Part shown: one piece after another, positions 56,815-64,000 of the stretch
How the letters are laid out: each line of letters begins with the position of its first letter
Position numbering within the stretch: the first letter of the stretch is position 1
Origin: Dehalococcoidia bacterium
GTDB taxonomy: Bacteria > Chloroflexota > Dehalococcoidia > Bin125
Length of the DNA stretch: 64,000 nt
Direction: 5' to 3'
NCBI GenBank assembly: GCA_963662615.2
Contig: CAXXSR010000002.1
Span: 480,001 to 544,000 of the forward strand
Made by a program: the position numbers and the translations under genes
Notes under the pieces: generated by a model
What the model was told of the DNA's origin: nothing
Databases searched by the model: none
What the model saw: only the letters and a program-made list of their open reading frames with translations

Positions 56815-57957
56815 CTAGCGGTCCACCTCGCACAGCACGATATCGATCGACCCCAAGATGATCACGGCGTCGGCGATGTAGGAGCCGACGGTCTGGTGCT
56901 TGAGCGAGCCGAGGTTGTGGAAACAAGGGGAACGCACCTTCATGCGCCAGGGTTTGTCCGTGCCGTCAGAAACCATGTAGATCCCGTATTCGCCCCGCGG
57001 CCCCTCTTGCCGCTGATAGATCTCGCCTGGCTCCGGCCGCAGCACGCGCGGGAGCGTCGCCCGCACGGACCCGCTGGTCGGCATCTGGTCCAAGGCTTGG
57101 CGGATGATGTTGACGGACTGCCGCATCTCTTCCAGGCGAACCAGGTAGCGGTCATAGACGTCCCCGTGGTCGCCCAAGGGGATCTCCCAGTCGAAGCGGT
57201 CGTAAATCGAGTACGGCTCGTCGGCACGGAGGTCCAGCGGCACACCGCTGGCCCGCAGCATGGGCCCCGTCACCCCGAAATCAAGCGCTTCCTCCGCCGA
57301 CAGGTTGCCCACGTCGCGGCAGCGCAGGATCATTATTTCGTTCTCGGTCATCAGCGAATCGATGTCTTGGATGCCGTTCGTCGTGACGTCGAGCAGCCAG
57401 CGCGCGTCCTCCATGAACGTCTCGTGCGGCTGCCAGCCCAGCCCGCCCACGTGGAAGTAGTTGTACATCATGCGGTCGCCGCAGATGGCCTCGAAGAAGT
57501 CCTGGATCCGCTCGCGCTCCTTGAACGACCAGCAAAACGCCGTGCCGAAGATGCCCACGTCCGTGCCGAAGGCGCCCATGAACATGTAATGCGACAGGAT
57601 CCGGTTGAACTCCGCCAGAATCAGCCGGATGTACTCGGCCCGCTCCGGGATCTCGATTCCCGCCAAGCGCTCCACGGCGTTGGCGTACACCCACTCGGTG
57701 TTGAACGCGGCCAGGTAATCGGTCCGGTCCTGGTAGCCCAGCCCGCCCCGATAGTCCACGTTCTCGGACAGTTTCTCCCCGCCGCGGTGCATGTAGCCGA
57801 TGTACGCCGTAACGTCCTTGATCTGCTCGCCGTCCACCGTCAGGACCATGCGAAAGACGCCGTGGGTAGAGGGGTGCTGGGGCCCCATGTTGATGTTCAT
57901 ATCGACCGTCTCGAAGTCCTCTTCGACCACGATCGGCTGGCTCACCAGTTCACGCAT
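56815..57957 (-). CDS. nuoD: Complex I subunit D
   Basis: NMGPQHPSTHGV.R, GY.HRG.EK, DR.DY, GP.LRASG, PRGE and EVDR; quinone-site His and Tyr retained. Confidence 0.96.
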   Translation of the reverse strand: MRELVSQPIVVEEDFETVDMNINMGPQHPSTHGVFRMVLTVDGEQIKDVTAYIGYMHRGGEKLSENVDYRGGLGYQDRTDYLAAFNTEWVYANAVERLAGIEIPERAEYIRLILAEFNRILSHYMFMGAFGTDVGIFGTAFCWSFKERERIQDFFEAICGDRMMYNYFHVGGLGWQPHETFMEDARWLLDVTTNGIQDIDSLMTENEIMILRCRDVGNLSAEEALDFGVTGPMLRASGVPLDLRADEPYSIYDRFDWEIPLGDHGDVYDRYLVRLEEMRQSVNIIRQALDQMPTSGSVRATLPRVLRPEPGEIYQRQEGPRGEYGIYMVSDGTDKPWRMKVRSPCFHNLGSLKHQTVGSYIADAVIILGSIDIVLCEVDR

Positions 57958-57966
57958 GGAGTGTCC

Positions 57967-59112
57967 TTAGCCGCCTTCCCTCTTGAGCTCGGCCCGACGG
58001 GCTGCCGCCAGCTCGCGGGCGCGCCGCACGCGCTCGTCCGCGCTCGGCTTGATGGGCGCAGTCTCCAAGGGCGTAGTCTCCGAGGGAGCAGGCTCCGCGG
58101 GGGCGGCCTCGGCGGCGGGTTCCTCCTCGGTGGGGGCGGCCGCCGGCGCCTGTGGCGTCGCGGGCGCACTCGCCGTCGCGGCGGGCGCGGGGGCCTCTGC
58201 TGCGGGGGCGCCCGCTGCCGGGGCCGCTGCCGGCTCGACGCTCGGCGATGGCTGAGCGGGCTTGGCGGCAGCGGGCGGCTCTCCGCTGGCGCGCTTGGCG
58301 GCCCGGCTGGCTGCCGCCAGCTCGCGGGCCCGCTTGACACGCTCGGTCTGCGCCGCTTTCTTGGCCGCCAGCTCCTCCGGCGTCAGCTCCGTGTCCGGCT
58401 TGCGCTCCCCCGCACCGCCGGCAGCCGCGCCCGTTGCGAGCTTCTTGACGGCGGCGATGCGGCTTGCCCGTTCGTCGTCGGCCGGCGCCGCCTCCTCCGC
58501 TGGCGCCGCGGCGGCCGCTTCCTCCGCCGGGTGCTCGCGCCGGAAAAACTCCACGTCGACCCCCTGGGGGATCTCAATGGCGGCGAGCGGATGGCTCTTG
58601 CGCAGGGGGTGGATATCAATGTCTTCATCCAGGAGCAGATTGCGCGGGTCCGGATGCCCCGCGAACTCAATCCCGAACATCTCGCGCGCCTCACGCTCCG
58701 CCCATTCGGCCCCGCGCCAGATGTCCGTAACCGTGGGCAGCGAGGGGCTCTCCGACGGCACTCTGGTCTTGATGGCCACGCTGTGATGGTGACGCGTGGA
58801 GAGGAGGTGATAGACGACTTCCAGCCCCTCCTCCTCCCAATCCACCGCCGTGAGGTTGCGCAGGAGGTCCATGGCCAAGCGCTCGTCGCGCTGGCTCGTC
58901 GCCAGGACGCTATGCAGGCGTTGCGGGGCCACGGTGAGGGCCACGTCCCACTTCGTCTGCTCGGCCTCAAAGTCCAGCGCCGGCAGCACCTCGCGGTACA
59001 GGTCCGCCATGCTCCCCGGCAGTGGCGGAGTCCTCACCCGCTCCTTGGCTCCTTTGCCGGCGGGGCGCGCCCGTGGCGCCGGCTTCGGCGTTGATTCGGC
59101 TCCCGTCGTCAT
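57967..59112 (-). CDS. nuoC: Complex I subunit C with a ~190 aa C-terminal extension
   Basis: AVDW, W.GA.W.ERE..EMFGI.F.GHPD and HPLRK; Ala/Pro/Glu tail with two ERV(K/R)RARELAAA segments. Confidence 0.92.
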   Translation of the reverse strand: MTTGAESTPKPAPRARPAGKGAKERVRTPPLPGSMADLYREVLPALDFEAEQTKWDVALTVAPQRLHSVLATSQRDERLAMDLLRNLTAVDWEEEGLEVVYHLLSTRHHHSVAIKTRVPSESPSLPTVTDIWRGAEWAEREAREMFGIEFAGHPDPRNLLLDEDIDIHPLRKSHPLAAIEIPQGVDVEFFRREHPAEEAAAAAPAEEAAPADDERASRIAAVKKLATGAAAGGAGERKPDTELTPEELAAKKAAQTERVKRARELAAASRAAKRASGEPPAAAKPAQPSPSVEPAAAPAAGAPAAEAPAPAATASAPATPQAPAAAPTEEEPAAEAAPAEPAPSETTPLETAPIKPSADERVRRARELAAARRAELKREGG

Positions 59113-59672
59113 GCGCCGCGCGCCCGGTCTTCCATGATCTTGTCCTGCAGGGCCAGGAATCCGTCTATCAGGGCTTCGGGGCGCGGCGGGCAGCCGGGCA
59201 CGTAGACGTCAATGGGGATGATCTTGTCGGCCCCCTGGAGCACGCGGTCGTACTGGGTGTAGGGGCCGCCGTTGGTGGCGCAGGCGCCCATGGCGATGGC
59301 CCACTTGGGGTGGGGCATCTGTTCGTACAGCAGCTTCACCGCCGGCGCCATCTTCTTGGTCACCGTCCCGGCGACGATCATGACGTCGCTCTGCCGGGGC
59401 GACGCCCAGGGCACGATCCCGAAGCGGTCGAAGTCGTGGTTGGGCATATAGGTGGCGATCATCTCAATGGCGCAGCAAGCCAGCCCAAAGGTCATGGGCC
59501 ACAAGGACGACTTGCGCGCCGCGGCGATGATGGCGTCAGCGGGCACCTGCAGCACGCCCGGCAGCACCGCCTTGTAGGGGACGGTGGGCGGACCGGTGTC
59601 ATACGGGCGCAGGCGCAACTCTTCCGGCGAGATGATCGCCGGCGCTACCTGGTCACCTTGTCGCTCCGCCAT
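59109..59672 (-). CDS. nuoB: Complex I subunit B
   Basis: [20 protein letters not shown] and PGCPPRPE. Confidence 0.97.
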   Translation of the reverse strand: MAERQGDQVAPAIISPEELRLRPYDTGPPTVPYKAVLPGVLQVPADAIIAAARKSSLWPMTFGLACCAIEMIATYMPNHDFDRFGIVPWASPRQSDVMIVAGTVTKKMAPAVKLLYEQMPHPKWAIAMGACATNGGPYTQYDRVLQGADKIIPIDVYVPGCPPRPEALIDGFLALQDKIMEDRARGA

Positions 59673-60046
59673 TCCAGCACGCCTTTCCGCCAGGCATAAG
59701 CGAGTCCGAAGAGCAGGGTGAAGATGAACAGCACCATCTGCCAGAGGATGACCTTGTCGAACCCGCCGCCGTCCTGCAAGCCCAAGAGGGAGACCCCCCA
59801 AGGGAAGAGAAACACGATCTCTACATCAAAAACCAAAAAGAGGATCGCGAAGATGTAGTAGCGCACGTGGACCTGCGCCCAGTTGCGCCCAATGGGCAGC
59901 ATCCCGCACTCGTAGACCTGCCCCTTGAGCAGACTCTTGCGACGCGGGGCGAGGAGCTGTGTGGCCATGAGTGCCGACAGGACCAGGAAGGCGCCCACGG
60001 GCAGCGCCAGCAGGACGGCACCATAGTTCTCAAGGAGCTGGGACAC
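59645..60046 (-). CDS. nuoA: Complex I subunit A
   Basis: YECG, YY..AILF..FDVE..FL.PW and WRKG.LEW. Confidence 0.96.
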   Translation of the reverse strand: MSQLLENYGAVLLALPVGAFLVLSALMATQLLAPRRKSLLKGQVYECGMLPIGRNWAQVHVRYYIFAILFLVFDVEIVFLFPWGVSLLGLQDGGGFDKVILWQMVLFIFTLLFGLAYAWRKGVLEWRSDKVTR

Positions 60047-60180
60047 GCACGTTCCCTTCGTGACCGCTGTGACTCCGTGAGGGTGGGGGCCATCCCGGTC
60101 GGAGCTGCCGCGACCCTCTGCCGACCAGCTCCGGGCGCCCTCGGGACGGGCACACCGATTGTGCGCTCGTGCGCAGGTCG

Positions 60181-60209
60181 ATCGTATGGCCGGCGAAAAT
60201 GAGTGTCAA
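60181..60209 (-). promoter_or_regulatory. Sigma70 promoter of the nuo operon
   Basis: TTGACA-N17-TACGAT. Confidence 0.8.
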
Positions 60210-60311
60210 CGAAGAGGGTCAGCGGCCGCTTCCCGGTCGCAAAGCGCCGCGGCGGCCGCGGATGCTGCCGGGGCACGATCGCGGCAAATCGCGGCCTTGC
60301 GGGTGAGCCCC

Positions 60312-63050
60312 CTAGGGCAGGTCCGCCATACGCTCGCGCAGCCCCGCCAGCCGGCCGGCGATTTCGTCCCGGCGGCGCTCTTCCCGGGCCACCACGTCGG
60401 CGGGCGCCTTGCGCCGGAACTGGTCATTGCCCAGTTTCGCCTCCACCCGTTGCAGGTAGCCCTGGGCGTCATTGACCTCCTTCTGCAAGCGGGCCCGCTC
60501 CTGTTCGGCATCCACGAGGCCACCGAGGGGCAGCACGACCTCCGCGCCCGCCAACACCTGCGCCACCACACCCTCCGACGGCGCCTCCTCCCGCGCGCTG
60601 ACGATGTGTAAGGGGCGCGCTCGCGCCAAAACCTCAATCACGGTGGAGCGCTCTGCCAAGGAGCCGTCGCCGCCCCTGTCGATCACATAGGCCGGGACCC
60701 AGCGGCCCGGCTCCACCTTCTTTTCGGCGCGGACCTGCCGGATCGCCCGGACCGTGTTTTGGAGGACGGCGAAGGCACGCTCCGCCTCATCGTCCAATGC
60801 CGGCTGGACGTTGCGCTTGCTGGGATAGCTGGCGGCGATCAGCGCCCGCGCCCGCGGGTTCTGCAGGTGCCGTCGCAATCGCTGCCAGATCTCCTCCGTC
60901 ACAAAGGGCATGAACGGGTGCAGCAGCCGCAGCGAGCGGTCCAGAACGTACACCAGCACGGGCAGCGGGCTGCGGTCGCCGCGTCGCAGGCGGGGCTTGC
61001 TTGCCTCTACGTACCAGTCAAAGAACTCGCTCCAGAGGAAGTCGTGGATCTGCCGGCCCGCCTCGCCCAGCTGAAAGTCGTCCAGCAGTTGCTGCACCGT
61101 GCGCGTCAGCCGGGCCAGTCGAGAGAGGATCCAGCGGTCCTCAAGCGGCCGCGCACGGACGTCTACGGGCGCCGCCGCCCGTTCCCCGGCTTCCAACTCC
61201 CCCAGCACGAAGCGGGCGCCGTTCCACAGTTTGTTGGCGAAGTTGCGGCTGCCTTCCAGGCGCTCGTCCGTGAGCCGCATGTCGTTGCCGGGAGCCGGCC
61301 CGGTCACCAGCGTGAAGCGGAGTGCGTCCGTGCCGTAGCGGTCGATCACCTTCAGGGGGTCGATGACGTTTCCCAGCGACTTCGACATCTTGTGGCCGTC
61401 CTGGGCCCGGACGAGGCCGTGGAGGTAGACGGTCTCGAACGGCGGGACGCCTCGCATGTTGTACATGGACAACATGATCATCCGCGCGACCCAGAAAAAG
61501 ATGATGTCGTAGGCCGTCTCCATGACCTGCGTGGGGTAGTAGCGCCGCAGGTCGTCGCTGTCATCGGGCCAGCCCAGCGTGGAGTGCGGCCAGAGGCCGG
61601 AGGAGAACCAGGTGTCGAGCGTGTCTTCGTCCTGCCGGATGTGCGCGTCTCCGCAGTGATCGCAGGCGGTCGGATCCTGCACGGCGACCGTCAGCCCGGC
61701 GCAGGCGTCGCAGTACCAGACGGGGATGCGGTGCCCCCACCAGATCTGACGGCTGATGCACCAATCTCGAATGTTGTCCATCCACTGCAGGTAGGTGCGC
61801 GCGAAGCGGTCCGGCACGAAGCGGATGCGGCCGTCCCGCACGGCGGCAATGGCGGGCTGCGCCAGCGGCTTGGCGCTGACGAACCACTGCAGCGAGATCA
61901 TGGGCTCCACGATGGCGCCCGACCGTTGCGAATGCCCCACCGCGTGCGTGTACGGCTCCACCTTCTCGATCAGCCCCTTGGCCTCCAGATCGGCCACGAC
62001 GCGGTCGCGCGCCTCGAATCGATCGAGCCCGGCGTACGCCCCGGCCCGCTCATTCAGCGTGGCGTCCGGGTTCATGATGTTGAGGATCTCCAGGCCGTGG
62101 CGCTCCCCGATCTCGAAGTCCAGGGGGTCATGTGCCGGCGTCACCTTCAGCGCCCCCGAGCCGGCCTTCATGCTCACCGCTGCGTCGGCGATCACCGCCA
62201 CTGGCCGGTCCGACGTGGGCACCAGCACGCGCCGCCCAATCAAGGAGCGGTAACGCTCGTCCGCGGGGTTGACCGCCACGGCCGTGTCCGCGGGGATCGT
62301 CTCCGGCCGCGTGGTGGCGATGGTCACGAACTCCTGCGTCTGCCCTCCCTCAGCGTCCAGCAGCGGATAGCGGACGTACCAGAAGTGGCCCGCCACCTCG
62401 CGATAGTCCACCTCCAGGTCGGAGAGCGCCGTCTGTCCCTCCGGGTCCCAGTTGATCAGCCGCTCGCCGCGATAGATGAGGCCGTCGTCGTACAGCCGTT
62501 TGAAGGTCTGGCGGACGGCGCGCTGCGGGCCCGGGTCCATGGTGAAGGCCTCGCGCGTCCAGTCGGCCGACGCGCCCAGCCGGCGGTGCTGCTCCGCGAT
62601 GCGCGACCGCGATCGGTTGACGAAGTCCCACACCCGCGCCAGAAATGCTTCTCGCCCCACGTCGTGCCGCGTCCGGCCTTCGTCCGCCAGCTGCCGTTCC
62701 ACGATCGCGTTCACCGCGATCGCCGCGTGGTCTACCCCCGGCAGCCATAAGGTGTCGTCTCCCAGCATCCGGTGCCAGCGGGTCAAGGCGTCCTCCAGGG
62801 CGACCACCAGGGCGTGGCCCAGGTGCAGCTCCCCGGTCAGGTTGGGCGGCGGCATGATGATGGTGAAGGGCCGCCGGCTCTTCTCCTTGGCGCCGTCCGC
62901 GCGCGGCCGGAAGTAGCCTCCCCGCTCCCAGAGCGCGTAGACGCGTTCTTCCACCTGCGCGGGGTCGTACGTCTTGGGGAGGGCGGACGGCGGCTGCCGC
63001 CGGCTCCTTCCGCCCTCCGGATCTGTGCGCGCTGTCATGACTTCGGGCAT
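60312..63050 (-). CDS. valS: Valyl-tRNA synthetase (start 63050 or 63038)
   Basis: PPPN.TG.LHLGH, DWCISRQIWWGHRIP, LDTWFSS, KMSKS and a C-terminal coiled coil. Confidence 0.98.
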   Translation of the reverse strand: MPEVMTARTDPEGGRSRRQPPSALPKTYDPAQVEERVYALWERGGYFRPRADGAKEKSRRPFTIIMPPPNLTGELHLGHALVVALEDALTRWHRMLGDDTLWLPGVDHAAIAVNAIVERQLADEGRTRHDVGREAFLARVWDFVNRSRSRIAEQHRRLGASADWTREAFTMDPGPQRAVRQTFKRLYDDGLIYRGERLINWDPEGQTALSDLEVDYREVAGHFWYVRYPLLDAEGGQTQEFVTIATTRPETIPADTAVAVNPADERYRSLIGRRVLVPTSDRPVAVIADAAVSMKAGSGALKVTPAHDPLDFEIGERHGLEILNIMNPDATLNERAGAYAGLDRFEARDRVVADLEAKGLIEKVEPYTHAVGHSQRSGAIVEPMISLQWFVSAKPLAQPAIAAVRDGRIRFVPDRFARTYLQWMDNIRDWCISRQIWWGHRIPVWYCDACAGLTVAVQDPTACDHCGDAHIRQDEDTLDTWFSSGLWPHSTLGWPDDSDDLRRYYPTQVMETAYDIIFFWVARMIMLSMYNMRGVPPFETVYLHGLVRAQDGHKMSKSLGNVIDPLKVIDRYGTDALRFTLVTGPAPGNDMRLTDERLEGSRNFANKLWNGARFVLGELEAGERAAAPVDVRARPLEDRWILSRLARLTRTVQQLLDDFQLGEAGRQIHDFLWSEFFDWYVEASKPRLRRGDRSPLPVLVYVLDRSLRLLHPFMPFVTEEIWQRLRRHLQNPRARALIAASYPSKRNVQPALDDEAERAFAVLQNTVRAIRQVRAEKKVEPGRWVPAYVIDRGGDGSLAERSTVIEVLARARPLHIVSAREEAPSEGVVAQVLAGAEVVLPLGGLVDAEQERARLQKEVNDAQGYLQRVEAKLGNDQFRRKAPADVVAREERRRDEIAGRLAGLRERMADLP

Positions 63051-63131
63051 ACCCACACGCACGCCGGCGAACGCTGGCCTGCGGCCTGGAGCGGAGCGGC
63101 TCTCTCTGCCCCTATGCCGCAGGCGCGCAAG

Positions 63132-63926
63132 TCAGCTCACGGCGCCCGCGACGATGTCAATGACAGCGTCCGCTTCCTCCAGTGGCGGCGTCGCCGCGGG
63201 GGGGCGCCGTCGCCCTGCCAGCGCTTCCAGCCGATGGAGTGTCAGGAGACCTCGGCGCGTGTCACTGGCGACGCGGGCGGGGTCCTGCACGTTGACCCGG
63301 TGTTTGAACAGCCAGTAGGTGAACTCCCGCAGTTCCGTCAGGCTGATGCGGTCCGTGCGGGGACGCTCTTGGGAGGCGCGGAACTGATCCAGCAGTTCCC
63401 AGCGGCTGGCGCCATAGATGCGGGTGAAGACGTCGCCGTCGCTACGCGTGTCGTGCGACAGCATCGTGCTGCCGCGATCCTTGTGCACCCGCTCTTCCAC
63501 GCTGAGCTGCAGCGCTTCCTCCACCCGCACACCGTAGACGAAGTTAAGGTGGGCGCGGTATTTGCTGGGCCCCAGCCGTTGCTTCAACGCCTCCTCCGTC
63601 ATGGGCCGCGGGAGCCGCTCATGCATCAGGAGCGCCTCCACTTCGTCCGCCGGGAGCAGGCCGCCCGGCTCCACGGCGTCGCAGATGCGTTCCGCCAGCA
63701 GCAGCCAGTCGAACGCCTCGCCACCGATGAGGTAGCGGAACTCCCGGCCGTCCACCACCTCCACGGGCAGCTCCCAGACGGCGACGACGTCCAGCAGCGC
63801 CTCGAACCAGGCCCGGCCCGCGAGCAGGTCATCACGAAAGGCCGCGATCAGCGTTGCCGCATCGCGACCGGCGCGGGCCGCCGGCGCGGCCGCTTCACTG
63901 ACGAGGACGCCGTCAGACTGAGGCAC
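63132..63926 (-). CDS. Hypothetical protein between probable secA and valS
   Basis: 264 aa ORF with genome-typical codon use, overlapping the upstream stop; aromatic-rich segments YLIGGEAFDWLLLAER, LNF.YG..VEEAL and EFTYWLFK.R. No family recognised. Confidence 0.75.
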   Translation of the reverse strand: MPQSDGVLVSEAAAPAARAGRDAATLIAAFRDDLLAGRAWFEALLDVVAVWELPVEVVDGREFRYLIGGEAFDWLLLAERICDAVEPGGLLPADEVEALLMHERLPRPMTEEALKQRLGPSKYRAHLNFVYGVRVEEALQLSVEERVHKDRGSTMLSHDTRSDGDVFTRIYGASRWELLDQFRASQERPRTDRISLTELREFTYWLFKHRVNVQDPARVASDTRRGLLTLHRLEALAGRRRPPAATPPLEEADAVIDIVAGAVS

Positions 63927-64000
63927 CGTGACACTTCTTGTACTTCTTGCCGGAGCCGCAGGGACAGCGCTCGTTGCGGCCGACCTTGGGCAGGGTGGCG
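63913..64000 (-). CDS. secA: C-terminus of a SEC-C motif protein, probably SecA (runs off window end)
   Basis: Manual translation ...ATLPKVGRNERCPCGSGKKYKKCHGASV-stop. Confidence 0.75.
   Translation of the reverse strand, partial: ATLPKVGRNERCPCGSGKKYKKCHGASV

Noticed and set aside
56146-59094. 982-aa plus-strand ORF and many other long antisense or alternate-frame ORFs (e.g. 9219-10754, 25887-27689, 40971-42692, 52576-54825, 60759-62750)
   Set aside because: They lie opposite well-supported genes and have no recognisable motifs. High GC at third codon positions suppresses stop codons in shadow frames.
63051-63131. T-box leader for valS (also checked upstream of cysE-cysS)
   Set aside because: No GGTGGNACCGCG T-box sequence, and too little space.
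63932-63950. ACTTCTTGT/ACTTCTTGC direct repeat
   Set aside because: It is just the KKYKKC coding sequence of the SEC-C motif.

Overview
High-GC bacterial chromosome segment (roughly 70% by eye), mostly core genes. Gene content and order point to Chloroflexota, probably a Dehalococcoidia/SAR202-like lineage; this is inferred, not searched. Left to right: (1) the rplJ-rplA-rplK-nusG-secE-rpmG-tuf-tRNA(Thr,Tyr,Thr) cluster with an L10 leader; (2) cysS, a truncated cysE, ispDF and a PIN/TRAM gene; (3) a TIGR03960-like radical SAM enzyme, DinB, glutamate dehydrogenase, an M16 peptidase, lysA, holB, PSP1/YaaT and RidA; (4) an origin-type cluster rpmH-rnpA-yidD-[parS + beta-propeller lipoprotein]-yidC-jag-parA-parB with no dnaA; (5) a TPR/lytic-transglycosylase lipoprotein and alr; (6) an accessory stretch with a degenerate CopC, DoxX, DUF2807, cupin, a two-component pair, PPOX-type and luciferase-like oxidoreductases, three small ORFs, GYD and SDR, ending at tRNA-Thr(CGT); (7) a DUF1800-DUF1501-NHL operon followed by a degenerate MNT-HEPN pair; (8) lipA, an actinobacterial-type GlnR, a GlnR-box-like site and two glutamine synthetases; (9) a complex I-like operon nuoABCDH-JKLMN lacking nuoEFG and, unusually, nuoI; (10) valS, a hypothetical gene and the end of a probable secA. 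The best candidates for undescribed biology are the signal-peptide-less DUF1800/DUF1501/NHL operon, the nuoI-less complex I operon with an extended NuoC, the GlnR-glnA-glnA2 locus, and the propeller lipoprotein embedded in the yidC operon with its start codon inside parS. No CRISPR array, rRNA, integrase or transposase was seen. All calls come from reading motifs by eye; no database searches were run.
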